NCBI GenBank assembly: GCA_040905425.1
Contig: JBBDRO010000031.1
Location: 36,030-47,478 of the forward strand
DNA: 11,449 bases
Direction: 5' to 3'
Origin: Gemmatimonadota bacterium
GTDB lineage: Bacteria; Gemmatimonadota; Gemmatimonadetes; Longimicrobiales; RSA9
Shown: positions 1 through 7,709 of the stretch, piece by piece
How the letters are laid out: every line of letters begins with the position of its first letter
Numbering within the stretch: position 1 is the stretch's first letter
The notes under the pieces: generated by a model
Database searches by the model: none
What the model was told of the DNA's origin: nothing
Seen by the model: the letters and a program-made list of their open reading frames with translations, nothing else
Position numbers and translations under genes: made by a program

Positions 1-18
1 CAAGCCACCGCCAGATCC

Positions 19-41
19 CGCAGGACCTCGCAGGACCTCGC
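19..41 (+). repeat. 10-bp tandem repeat (cgcaggacct x2.3) upstream of the rhodanese gene
   Basis: cgcaggacct-cgcaggacct-cgc read directly. Confidence 0.8.
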
Positions 42-99
42 GCCTGGATCTTGCGCCGCGTACGCTGCGTCATTGCATACCCGAACCCAGGAGAATCCC

Positions 100-1014
100 A
101 TGCGTGGCCGATTTTTCACCGCTGTGGTGGCTACTACGTTCGTGCTGGCCTGTGGCCAGGACGGCCAACGGGACACGGCGGCCGCCGCGGACCGCGGCGC
201 CCCCACCGTCGGCGCCGCGGACAACACCGCGGCCACGGACGTCTTCGTGACGGCCGCGGCGCTGGACGGACGCCAGCTGGTCTTCGTGGGCCAGGACAGC
301 GGCATCCGTCCGGCCGCGTACGCCGGCGCCCCGTTCGTGCCCATGGCCGCGTTCAGCGTGGAGCGGGACGGCATCCCCAACGAGTTTCCTCCCCCGGACA
401 GCATGGCCGCGCTGCTCGAACGCGCGGGCGTGGGGGGGCAGCGCGTGGTCATCGTGGGCGAGCCGATTCCGGCGGGACGGGCCTATGCCGGGCTGGACTA
501 TTTGGGGCTGGGTGACCGGGCCGCCCTGCTCGACGGCGGTCCCGGGGCGCTGGCCTCCGCGAGCGGGGCGCCGGCCGCGGACACCACGGCGGGCAGTGCC
601 GCACCCGCCGGCCAGGTCGTCCGCGAGGACATGATCGTGGACGCGGCGTGGGTGCACGAGCGGCTGGACGATTCCGACGTGGTCATCCTGGACGCCCGCC
701 CGCCCGCCGAATTCACCGGCGCCACCCCGGGGCAGGGCATCGACCGGCCGGGTCACATTCCCGGCGCGCACAATCTGTTCTGGCAGACCCTGATCCGCTC
801 ACCGGAGGACCCGCGGCTCAAGGACGAGGCCGAGTTGCGCCGCATCTTCGCGGCGGCCGGCGTGGGCCCGGAGAGCACGGTGGTCTCGTACTGCCGCACG
901 GGTGGCCAGGCCAGCTTCCTGTACGCGGTGGCCCGCCACCTGGGCTACGACGTACGGCTCTACGACGGCTCGTTCGTGGACTGGAGCCGGACCGACTATG
1001 CGGTGGAACGCTAG
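100..1014 (+). CDS. Sulfurtransferase (tandem rhodanese-domain) lipoprotein
   Basis: AGGAGA SD just upstream of ATG100. N-terminal signal with lipobox VLA-C. Degenerate N-terminal rhodanese domain (..AALLDGG). C-terminal domain with DAR..EF.G, GHIPGA, active-site loop YCRTGGQA and the LYDGSFVDWS signature. Confidence 0.88.
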   Translation: MRGRFFTAVVATTFVLACGQDGQRDTAAAADRGAPTVGAADNTAATDVFVTAAALDGRQLVFVGQDSGIRPAAYAGAPFVPMAAFSVERDGIPNEFPPPDSMAALLERAGVGGQRVVIVGEPIPAGRAYAGLDYLGLGDRAALLDGGPGALASASGAPAADTTAGSAAPAGQVVREDMIVDAAWVHERLDDSDVVILDARPPAEFTGATPGQGIDRPGHIPGAHNLFWQTLIRSPEDPRLKDEAELRRIFAAAGVGPESTVVSYCRTGGQASFLYAVARHLGYDVRLYDGSFVDWSRTDYAVER

Positions 1015-2133
1015 GTGTCTCGCCCCAGGAGTTCGCCGCAATTCGGCCGCCCCTGCATCCGCCCGAGCGTCGTTGCTCCTCGTCAGCATAGCTACGGCTA
1101 TGCTCTTCTCCTGGCGCTTGGCGCCTCCGCCTGCGCCGGGCGCGCGGAGCCACCGGCTGCCGAGCCCCTGCCTCCGGTGGAAGCGCCGCCCGAGCCGGTC
1201 CGTGAGACGCCGCCGCCGCCGGTGCGGGTGCCGGAGCGCATTCCCGAGCGGGTGCCGGAGCGCATTCCCGACCCGTCACCGGTAGCGGAGCCGACCGCCG
1301 ACCGCACAATCGGTCCACCCCTCAGCGGCAGCCCCCTGGCGGTGCGCGCCGACGCGCTCCTGCCCCGGGAGCGCGTGGTGGCCTTCTACGGCAATCCGGC
1401 ATCCACCCGCATGGGCATCCTGGGCGAACTGCCGCCGGAGCAGATGCTCGCCCGCCTGGACCGGGAGGTGGCGGCCTGGCAACGCGCCGACCCCGCCACG
1501 CCGGTACGCCCGGCGCTCCACCTCATCACCACCATGGCCGCGGGGGATCCCGGCCCCGGCGATCTCTACATCGTGCGCATGTCCGCGCGCAGGATCGCGC
1601 AGGTGCAGGAGTGGGCGGCGCGCCGGGACGCGCTGCTCTTCCTGGACATCCAGCCCGGCCGCAGCACCGTGGCGGCTGAGCTGCCGCGGCTACGCCAGTG
1701 GCTCGTGCAGCCCGATGTGCACCTGGCGCTGGACCCCGAATGGAACATGGGGCCCGAGGGGCTGCCGGGCCGCGCGATCGGCTCCATGTCGGCCCGCGAG
1801 ATCAACCACGCCATCCGCTGGCTCGCCGAGCTCGTGGACGAGTACGACCTGCCGCCCAAGATCCTCGTGGTGCACCGCTTCACCCAGCACATGGTGCTGG
1901 GCGCCGAGGACATCCTCGTGGATCCACGCGTGCAGGTGGTCATGCACATGGACGGCTGGGGGCCGCCGGCGCAGAAGCTCACCACCTATCGGAGCATCGT
2001 GGCGCCCGAGGCCGAGCAGTTCACGGGCTTCAAGCTCTTCTACAAGAATGACCTACGCGGGGGCGGGCGCATGCTACGGCCGGAGGAGATCCTGCGCCTG
2101 AATCCCGTTCCCTTCTACATCCAGTATCAGTAG
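1015..2133 (+). CDS. Uncharacterised lipoprotein with Pro/Glu-rich linker and conserved C-terminal domain (possibly TIM-barrel/glycoside-hydrolase-like); start uncertain
   Basis: 372-aa ORF with high-GC codon usage, directly after the rhodanese stop. Hydrophobic stretch ALLLALGASA-C (lipobox), Pro-rich linker, then motifs VVAFYG, FLDIQPG, VHLALDPEW, LVVHRFT, HMDGWG, GFKLFY typical of a widespread hypothetical lipoprotein family. Confidence 0.78.
   Translation: MSRPRSSPQFGRPCIRPSVVAPRQHSYGYALLLALGASACAGRAEPPAAEPLPPVEAPPEPVRETPPPPVRVPERIPERVPERIPDPSPVAEPTADRTIGPPLSGSPLAVRADALLPRERVVAFYGNPASTRMGILGELPPEQMLARLDREVAAWQRADPATPVRPALHLITTMAAGDPGPGDLYIVRMSARRIAQVQEWAARRDALLFLDIQPGRSTVAAELPRLRQWLVQPDVHLALDPEWNMGPEGLPGRAIGSMSAREINHAIRWLAELVDEYDLPPKILVVHRFTQHMVLGAEDILVDPRVQVVMHMDGWGPPAQKLTTYRSIVAPEAEQFTGFKLFYKNDLRGGGRMLRPEEILRLNPVPFYIQYQ
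1224..1271 (+). repeat. Perfect 24-bp tandem duplication (2 copies) encoding RVPERIPE/RVPERIPD
   Basis: gcgggtgccggagcgcattcccga at 1224-1247 and 1248-1271. Confidence 0.95.
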
Positions 2134-2161
2134 CGGGCGGCCGCCCGCACGGCGGCGCCCG

Positions 2162-2188
2162 GGAACCATTCGAGCGTGGATCCTGTTG
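2162..2188 (+). promoter_or_regulatory. ECF (SigR/SigH-type) promoter, probable autoregulatory promoter of the sigma gene
   Basis: GGAAC(2162-2166)-N18-GTTG(2185-2188) in the intergenic region upstream of the sigma gene; matches the SigR/SigH consensus GGAAY-N18-GTT. Confidence 0.8.
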
Positions 2189-2301
2189 GAGCCGTGATAC
2201 GAGGCCCGCAGCCCGCGCACCGAAGATATCGTTCGCAAGATGCAGCCCGCGCTACGATCGCTGAGAAACGCCGCCACGGCACCACCGAGGGGAAACGGCC
2301 C

Positions 2302-2994
2302 ATGAGCCGCGACGCCATGTGGGACATGGTGCGTATGGCGTGGACGATGCTGTCCGGGAGGACCGACCGGGACGTGCGGCCCGGACGCCCCCGGGAGCCC
2401 CGCCCGCAGCCGGAGCCCGAGGAACGCGCCATCGCGGCCGAGGGGTTCGCCGAGGAGGCGCTGCCGTGGCTGGACGCGGTCTACCGCTTCTCCTTGCGGT
2501 TGACCCGGGGGGACCAGGACGCCGCCGAGGACCTGGTGCAGGACACCTTCCTGCGCGCGCACAGGTTCTGGCACACCTACCAGCGGGGCACGAACGCCAA
2601 GTCCTGGCTCTTCACGATCTGCCGGAACACGTACCTCCACCAGAAGGAGCTGGTGCGCAACCAGCGCGAGCGGCCCGAGGCGGACCTGGGCGCCCGCGTG
2701 GAGGCCCTTTCGGCGGCATCCGTGTTCGACACCGGGTCGGCAGACCCGGAGCAGGCATTCTTCGGCGCGCTCATCGATGACCGGGTGGTGGAGGCCATCG
2801 ACGCACTGCCCGAGGAGTTCCACGAAGTCCTCGTACTGAGCGATCTGGGTGACCTCAAGTACGGCGAGATCGCGCAGGTACTGGACATCCCGGTGGGCAC
2901 GGTCAAGAGCCGGCTGTTCCGGGCAAGGAAACTACTGCAGGACCGGCTGCGCGAGTTCGCTGTCGACTCCGGCTATGTGCAGGAGACCACGTGA
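2302..2994 (+). CDS. ECF sigma-70 factor, SigR/SigH-like
   Basis: Region 2 (AEDLVQDTFLRAHRFW..GTNAKSWLFTICRNTY) and region 4 (LPEEFHEVLVLSDLGDLKYGEIAQVLDIPVGTVKSRLFRAR). GAGGGG SD before ATG2302. The frame is open upstream to GTG2194/GTG2176. Confidence 0.93.
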   Translation: MSRDAMWDMVRMAWTMLSGRTDRDVRPGRPREPRPQPEPEERAIAAEGFAEEALPWLDAVYRFSLRLTRGDQDAAEDLVQDTFLRAHRFWHTYQRGTNAKSWLFTICRNTYLHQKELVRNQRERPEADLGARVEALSAASVFDTGSADPEQAFFGALIDDRVVEAIDALPEEFHEVLVLSDLGDLKYGEIAQVLDIPVGTVKSRLFRARKLLQDRLREFAVDSGYVQETT

Positions 2995-3263
2995 TGATGG
3001 AGTCCACGGGCATGATCCGCTGCGAGGAAGCGCTTGCGCGCCTCTGGGAATTTTTGGATGGTGAGCTGCCGCCGCCCGACGAGGCCATGGTGAAGAAGCA
3101 CCTGGACATCTGCAACCGCTGCTACCCGCAGTATGATTTCCAGCGCGCCTACTTCGAGTACACGAGCCGTATGCGGGAGCGGGAGCACGCACCGCCGGCG
3201 CTCCGGCAACGCCTCTTCGAGATGATCCTGGAGCAGGAGGCGAACAACGGGAAGGCATCGTGA
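2994..3263 (+). CDS. Zinc-binding anti-sigma factor (zf-HC2, RsrA/RshA-like)
   Basis: CEEALARLWEFLDGEL...HLDICNRC (HxxxCxxC ZAS motif). Overlaps the sigma stop (GTGATGATG) with AGGAG SD; start could be 2991, 2994 or 2997. Confidence 0.92.
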   Translation: MMESTGMIRCEEALARLWEFLDGELPPPDEAMVKKHLDICNRCYPQYDFQRAYFEYTSRMREREHAPPALRQRLFEMILEQEANNGKAS

Positions 3264-3282
3264 TGCGCCAGGCCCGGCGCCC

Positions 3283-3560
3283 GCCTGGATCGACACTATC
3301 GACCCCGCGGACGCGGAGGGGACCCTGGCCGAAGTGTATGCCAGGATCGGCGGCCGCTCGGGCGCGGTAGCCCACATCCTCGGGTGCCAGTCCCTGCATC
3401 CGGAGGGGCTGCGCTCCGTCTGGTCACGCGGGACGAACAGCTCGTCCGGGCGCTCGCCGAGGACTGGCGCGCGGCGGGTCTCGACGAGCGGCTCCGGGCC
3501 ATCCTCGGCTTCGCGGAAAAACTCACGCTCGAGCACCGGAATGTCCGGCGGGAGGATCAT
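3283..3560 (+). pseudogene. AhpD/carboxymuconolactone-decarboxylase-like peroxidase pseudogene (internal deletion, frameshift, truncated 3' end)
   Basis: Frame +1 from 3283 reads AWIDTIDPADAEGTLAEVYARIGGRSGAVAHILGCQSLHPEGL (family N-terminus). Frame +3 from about 3405 reads GAALRLVTRDEQLVRALAEDWRAAGLDERLRAILGFAEKLT (family C-terminal half). The intervening helix/CxxC segment is absent, and there is no in-frame start before AWIDT. Confidence 0.78.
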
Positions 3561-3565
3561 GATCT

Positions 3566-3592
3566 GGAACCATTGCGTGCCGTTCCCGGTTG
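3566..3592 (+). promoter_or_regulatory. ECF (SigR/SigH-type) promoter upstream of the DsrE-family gene
   Basis: GGAAC(3566-3570)-N18-GTTG(3589-3592); shares GGAACCATT with the site at 2162. Confidence 0.72.
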
Positions 3593-3634
3593 GCCGCTCG
3601 ACACAGAGTCAGCCAATCAACAACGGAGCATGGA

Positions 3635-3991
3635 ATGGCCAAGATTTCAGTCGTGGTGCTGGCAGGCACCGAGTCACACGGGGACCTCGCGCGGGTGCTG
3701 AACGCCCTCGAGCTGGTGAAGGAGGCCGTTGGGGCGGGAGACCAGACGGAACTCGTATTCGACGGCGCCGGCGTGCAGTGGATCCCCGAATTGAGTGATC
3801 CGGACCACAAGCTGCATGGGGTCTTCGAAGAGGTCCGCGGCTTCGTGGCCGGCGCCTGTGAATTCTGCGCGAGCGCTTTCGACGTCAAGGACCAGGTTCG
3901 GGAGGCCGATGTCTCGCTGCTCAGCGAGTTCGAAGGCCATCCGAGTCTCCGGCAACGCATCGCGGATGGTTTCCAGGTCGTGACCTTCTGA
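3635..3991 (+). CDS. DsrE/DsrF-like family protein (putative sulfur relay/redox)
   Basis: GGAG SD at 3625-3628 before ATG3635. MAKISVVVLA...NALELVKE...ELVFDGAGVQW...GACEFCASAF...GFQVVTF has the length and motifs of the DsrE family, with a CxxC. Confidence 0.85.
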   Translation: MAKISVVVLAGTESHGDLARVLNALELVKEAVGAGDQTELVFDGAGVQWIPELSDPDHKLHGVFEEVRGFVAGACEFCASAFDVKDQVREADVSLLSEFEGHPSLRQRIADGFQVVTF

Positions 3992-4012
3992 ACCTGCTCC
4001 TGCCACCGCTTC

Positions 4013-4053
4013 GAGCCGGCGCACCAGGGGGTGCGCCCCCGGCTCTCTCTTTT
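4013..4053 (+). terminator. Intrinsic terminator after the DsrE-like gene
   Basis: GAGCCGGCGCACC..GGTGCG-ccc-CCGGCTC stem with one bulge, followed by TCTCTTTT. Confidence 0.72.
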
Positions 4054-4071
4054 CCGTCGCGCCTCGTCCCC

Positions 4072-4098
4072 GGAACCGTGGCACCGCCCATCCGGTTA
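4072..4098 (+). promoter_or_regulatory. ECF (SigR/SigH-type) promoter upstream of the cytochrome P460-family gene
   Basis: GGAAC(4072-4076)-N18-GTTA(4095-4098), just downstream of a terminator and 40 bp before ATG4139. Confidence 0.78.
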
Positions 4099-4138
4099 GA
4101 ACCCCGAGATGACGGTCCCCCCATGAACGGAGGCTTGT

Positions 4139-4702
4139 ATGAAGCCCGCTCTTCGAGTAGCAGGAAGCGTCCTGACTGCGGTGTTGTTCACGGCCTGCGC
4201 TGACACCGGCCAGGAGGCTGGAGAGGCGGATCAGCTGCCCCCGGCGAACGCGGACGCATCTGCCGCCCAGGCAGCCAACCAGCAGGACACCGGTCCGGAC
4301 ACTACGGCAGCCGCGCTCTGGGCATTCCTGGAAGAGGAGGCTTATCGTGACAACTGGCAGCTTTGGCCGGGCAAGGATCGGCTGTACACGGGGACGGAGC
4401 CGCACGGCATGCTCCTTACGACCTATGCGAACCGCACTGCCTACGATGCGCTGATGGCGGGACAGGTAGCAGATCTGCCGGCGGGATCCATCATCGTGAA
4501 GGAGAACTGGATGCCCGACTCTACCTACGACGCGGCAACCGTCATGTACAAGGTCGATGGCTACAACCCCGACCATCAGGACTGGCTGTTCGCGAAGTAC
4601 AATACCGAGGGCGCTCCGGACGCGTTCGGCCGGGCACCCATGTGTCAGGCGTGCCACGAGAGTGCCGAAAGTGGCTACATTTACACGGCCGTCCAGCGGT
4701 AA
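4139..4702 (+). CDS. Cytochrome P460-family c-type cytochrome, lipoprotein
   Basis: GGAGG SD, lipobox FTA-C, motifs [31 protein letters not shown] and a C-terminal heme motif CQACH. Confidence 0.85.
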   Translation: MKPALRVAGSVLTAVLFTACADTGQEAGEADQLPPANADASAAQAANQQDTGPDTTAAALWAFLEEEAYRDNWQLWPGKDRLYTGTEPHGMLLTTYANRTAYDALMAGQVADLPAGSIIVKENWMPDSTYDAATVMYKVDGYNPDHQDWLFAKYNTEGAPDAFGRAPMCQACHESAESGYIYTAVQR

Positions 4703-4737
4703 TGCAAGAGGTGGCGGTAGCCCGCGCGCCCTGAGCC

Positions 4738-5091
4738 ATGGCCTTCCGGCTCCGGATCGACGCGGCCGGGTTGTCCTACCGGCTGATCGAATGGTGGACG
4801 AACCTGCGCAGCCGCCTCCTGACGCTGCCCTACGGAGATCAGGGCCTCGTCGTGCGCAGGGAGGATTACGTCAGGGCAGAGGGCTACCTGCCGTTGCCGC
4901 TCATGGAAGACGTGGTGCTAGTGCGAGCGCTTCGCAGAATCACCCACGTGCACCTGCTGGACGCGGCGGTCCGGGTTTCAGCCCGGCGGTGGCAGGCGGA
5001 TGGGCCACTGCGACGGATGCTGAAGAACTGGATGACCGCGGCCCGGCACATGTTGCTGCAACAACTGCCGATCGACGGAGGCGACTTGTGA
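4738..5091 (+). pseudogene. C-terminal fragment of a family-2 glycosyltransferase (TIGR04283-like)
   Basis: [56 protein letters not shown] matches the C-terminal half of this family. The N-terminal nucleotide-binding half with the DxD motif is missing, and an in-frame TGA lies at 4732. Confidence 0.75.
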
Positions 5092-6329
5092 GAAACGAGA
5101 GGATCACCTTCCCCGGTGCCCAGGGCGCCGAGCTCAGCGCGCGCCTGAGCCTTCCCGTGGACGGGGAAGTCCGGGCATGCGCGCTGTTCGCCCACTGCTT
5201 CACGTGCTCCAAGGACCTGAAGCCGGTTGTGAACATCAGCCGCGCCCTTACGCAGCAGCACATCGCCGCCATGCGATTTGACTTTACCGGGCTCGGCGAG
5301 AGCGAAGGTGACTTCACGGATACGACGTTCACCTCCAACGTAGAGGACCTGCTCGCGGCCGCCGCGTTTATGCAGGGCCAGTACGACGCGCCGGCCATCC
5401 TCATCGGGCACTCCCTGGGAGGAGCGGCGGTGCTGCAGGCGGCGGCACGGATCCCATCGGTGCGCGCGGTGGCCACGATCGGTGCCCCGTTCGATCCCGC
5501 CCACGTGAAGGACCTGTTCGTCGGCTCGCTCGACGCCATCGAGGAGCAGGGCCAGGCGGAGGTCTCCGTGGGTGGGCGCCGATTCACGCTGAGCCACGAG
5601 TTCGTACGGGACCTCGAAGGCCGGAACATGGAGAAGGTTGTCGGCTCGCTCGGCAGGCCGCTGCTCATCTTCCACTCGCCCGTGGATGACACGGTGGGGA
5701 TCGACAACGCGGCCCTCATCTATAAGGCGGCCCGGCATCCCAAGAGCTTCGTCTCACTGGATGACGCCGACCACTTGCTGCTCCGGGAGCGGGATTCCCG
5801 CTACGTCGGTTCCGTGCTGGCGGCCTGGGCCGATCGCTATCTGGCGGAGGCCCCCGAACCGCAGACCGTGGACGAGCTCCGGCAGGACAACCGCGTTGCC
5901 GTGCGGACCGCCGCTGGCGCTTTCCGCACCGAGATTCTCGCCCGGGGCCATGCCATCGTGGCCGACGAGCCCACGGCCGTGGGGGGTGAGGACCTGGGTC
6001 CCACGCCCTACGACCTGCTGGCGGCCGCGCTGGGCGCCTGCACCACGATGACGCTTCGCATGTATGCTGAACGGAAGAAGTGGCCGCTGGAGGAAGCCGT
6101 CGTCCGGTTGAAGCACACGAAGGTCCATGCCGAGGACGAAGAGCGGTGCGAATCCGGCGAAGCGCGGCTGGACGAGCTGGATCGCGAACTCACGCTCGCC
6201 GGACCCCTCGACGAAGGGCAGCGGGCCCGCCTGTTGGAGATCGCCGATCGCTGCCCGGTGCACCGAACCCTCAGCGCGGGGGTACGCGTCGAGACGGAGT
6301 TACGGCCCGCACCCGCCACCACCGATTAG
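5088..6329 (+). CDS. Bifunctional alpha/beta-hydrolase + OsmC-family protein
   Basis: GGAGG SD, GTG5088 overlapping the upstream stop. Hydrolase motifs [41 protein letters not shown]. OsmC domain with ADEP..GG.D.GP.PYDLL, LGACT and RCPVHRTL. Confidence 0.93.
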   Translation: MRNERITFPGAQGAELSARLSLPVDGEVRACALFAHCFTCSKDLKPVVNISRALTQQHIAAMRFDFTGLGESEGDFTDTTFTSNVEDLLAAAAFMQGQYDAPAILIGHSLGGAAVLQAAARIPSVRAVATIGAPFDPAHVKDLFVGSLDAIEEQGQAEVSVGGRRFTLSHEFVRDLEGRNMEKVVGSLGRPLLIFHSPVDDTVGIDNAALIYKAARHPKSFVSLDDADHLLLRERDSRYVGSVLAAWADRYLAEAPEPQTVDELRQDNRVAVRTAAGAFRTEILARGHAIVADEPTAVGGEDLGPTPYDLLAAALGACTTMTLRMYAERKKWPLEEAVVRLKHTKVHAEDEERCESGEARLDELDRELTLAGPLDEGQRARLLEIADRCPVHRTLSAGVRVETELRPAPATTD

Positions 6330-6361
6330 GAACGGCGGGGAGGGATGGCCTCACCCGTTCC
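6329..6361. terminator. Stem-loop between convergent genes (possible bidirectional terminator)
   Basis: GGAACGG...GAGG / CCTC...CCGTTCC imperfect inverted repeat right after the OsmC-fusion stop; no U-tract. Confidence 0.5.
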
Positions 6362-6404
6362 CTCAGCGCCGCCGCGGCGGCTTCCGCGGTAGAACGCTCG
6401 GACA

Positions 6405-7154
6405 CTACCGGTACTCGGGGTTCGGATGGTCGAAGCGGCATCCGGCGTCCCAGGCCGATCGCTGATTGCCGTGCGCCGGGAGGCCGCCGTGGTCCTTCAG
6501 CATCCGGGCCAGGTGCAGGAGGTTCCACGTCATAAAGGTGGTGTTGCGATTCGTGAAGTCGTTCTCAGGGCCTCCCGAGCCCGCGTCCAGGTAGGACGGT
6601 CCGGGTCCCGCCTCACCGACCCACCCGGCATCGGCCTGCGGCGGGATCGTATAGCCCAGGTGCTGGAGCGAGTACAGGATGTTCATGGCGCAGTGCTTGA
6701 TGCCATCCTCGTTGCCCGTCACCAGGCACCCCCCGACCCGGCCGTAGTAGGCGTACTGGCCGTGTTCGTTGAGCTCGGCTGAGGAGCCGTACAGGCGCTC
6801 CACCACCTGCGTGCACACCGATGACTTCTCGCCGAGCCAGATCGGCGTGGTCAGCACCAGGATGTCCGCCGCCATCACCTTCTCCTGGATGGGCGGCCAG
6901 TCGTCGCGCCCCCACCCGTGCGCCGTCATGTCGGGATAGACGCCGTGGGCCATCCGATGGTCCACCGGCCGGATCACCTCCACCGCCACGCCGTTTCTCT
7001 CGAGGATGGCGCGCGAGACGGCAATCAGGCCTTCCGTATGCGACAGCTCCGGCGACGGCTTCAACGTGCAGTTCAGGAAGAGCGCCCGCAGGTCGGAGAA
7101 GTCCCAGTCATGCGATTGGCAGTCTTCGATTTGACGATCGGTCAGGTTGGTCAC
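6405..7154 (-). CDS. Flavodoxin-like NAD(P)H-dependent FMN oxidoreductase
   Basis: LFLNCTLKPSPELSHTEGL, ADILVLTTPIWLG, GNEDG and NRNTTFMTWNL motifs. GTG7154 chosen because the longer ORF overlaps the upstream gene. Confidence 0.87.
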   Translation of the reverse strand: MTNLTDRQIEDCQSHDWDFSDLRALFLNCTLKPSPELSHTEGLIAVSRAILERNGVAVEVIRPVDHRMAHGVYPDMTAHGWGRDDWPPIQEKVMAADILVLTTPIWLGEKSSVCTQVVERLYGSSAELNEHGQYAYYGRVGGCLVTGNEDGIKHCAMNILYSLQHLGYTIPPQADAGWVGEAGPGPSYLDAGSGGPENDFTNRNTTFMTWNLLHLARMLKDHGGLPAHGNQRSAWDAGCRFDHPNPEYR

Positions 7155-7182
7155 GTGCGTCCGTTCGCGGTTGATGTGAAGG

Positions 7183-7635
7183 TCAGTCCAGCGCGGCGGC
7201 CGCGTGGCTACTGGATGCACCGCTCCGCGCAAGCACCGGCCCGTAGATCCCGCCGACCACGCCCCCGTAGATGAGGTGGCCGATGAGGCTGCCCATGGCC
7301 AACGCGGCGGATCCCGAGAAGACCGGCAGGCCCATCATCGGCATCATCACGATCTGCGCCACGAGAAAGGGCGCGATGCCGTAGAGCGCCCCGCGCATAG
7401 CCGGGGGGCCAGGCAGCCATGGCGCCACCACGGCGTAGATCAACGCCAGGATCATACCGATCATCAGGTGGCCCACCCACCCCAGGAGGAGAGCACCACC
7501 CATCTGCCCGGCCAGCATCTCCGCCGGGTTCATGGAGGGAATGCCCATCATGGGGGCCACCCAGAGACCGACGGCGGTCATGACCAGCGTGCCGACGAGC
7601 CCCGCTATGCCAGCCCTGCCGAATTTGATGTTCAC
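7183..7635 (-). CDS. Met/Gly-rich four-TM membrane protein (DUF6789/DUF1440-like)
   Basis: GGGAGAG SD before GTG7635. Four hydrophobic helices, with intramembrane His in GWVGHLMIG and SLIGHLIYG and a VMMPMMG motif. Confidence 0.8.
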   Translation of the reverse strand: MNIKFGRAGIAGLVGTLVMTAVGLWVAPMMGIPSMNPAEMLAGQMGGALLLGWVGHLMIGMILALIYAVVAPWLPGPPAMRGALYGIAPFLVAQIVMMPMMGLPVFSGSAALAMGSLIGHLIYGGVVGGIYGPVLARSGASSSHAAAALD

Positions 7636-7709
7636 GTTTTCTCTCCCGTGGTCGAGTCAGCGCTTGCGCGGTCCCCGAACGGGGCCGGCCGCTCGTTCGT
7701 TCGGGAATC

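Noticed and set aside
46..71. GGATC-N18-GTC upstream of the rhodanese gene as a fifth regulon promoter
   Set aside because: Both elements mismatch the four-site consensus; it cannot be supported without TSS data.
2133..2148. Perfect 16-bp palindrome GCGGGCGGCCGCCCGC after the lipoprotein stop
   Set aside because: All-GC in a GC-rich genome with no U-tract; at most a weak terminator or stabilising hairpin.
2208..2252. 11-bp direct repeat GCAGCCCGCGC (2208 and 2242) in the sigma leader
   Set aside because: Only two GC-rich copies; not a CRISPR array and not distinguishable from chance.
4732..4734. In-frame TGA as possible selenocysteine in the GT fragment
   Set aside because: No Cys-equivalent motif at that position, no clear SECIS, and the gene is truncated anyway.
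4557..5087. N-terminal extension of the 590-aa ORF 4557..6329
   Set aside because: It overlaps the cytochrome and GT-fragment frames and is not protein-like; the real start is GTG5088 with a GGAGG SD.
6329..6361. GGAAC...GTT as an ECF promoter
   Set aside because: Spacing is too long and it lies between convergent gene ends; better explained as a hairpin.
7678..7703. Second ECF-like site CGAAC-N18-GTT on the minus strand
   Set aside because: The -35 is mismatched and the pattern is explained by a local GAACG/CGTTC inverted repeat; a better site lies 33 bp upstream.
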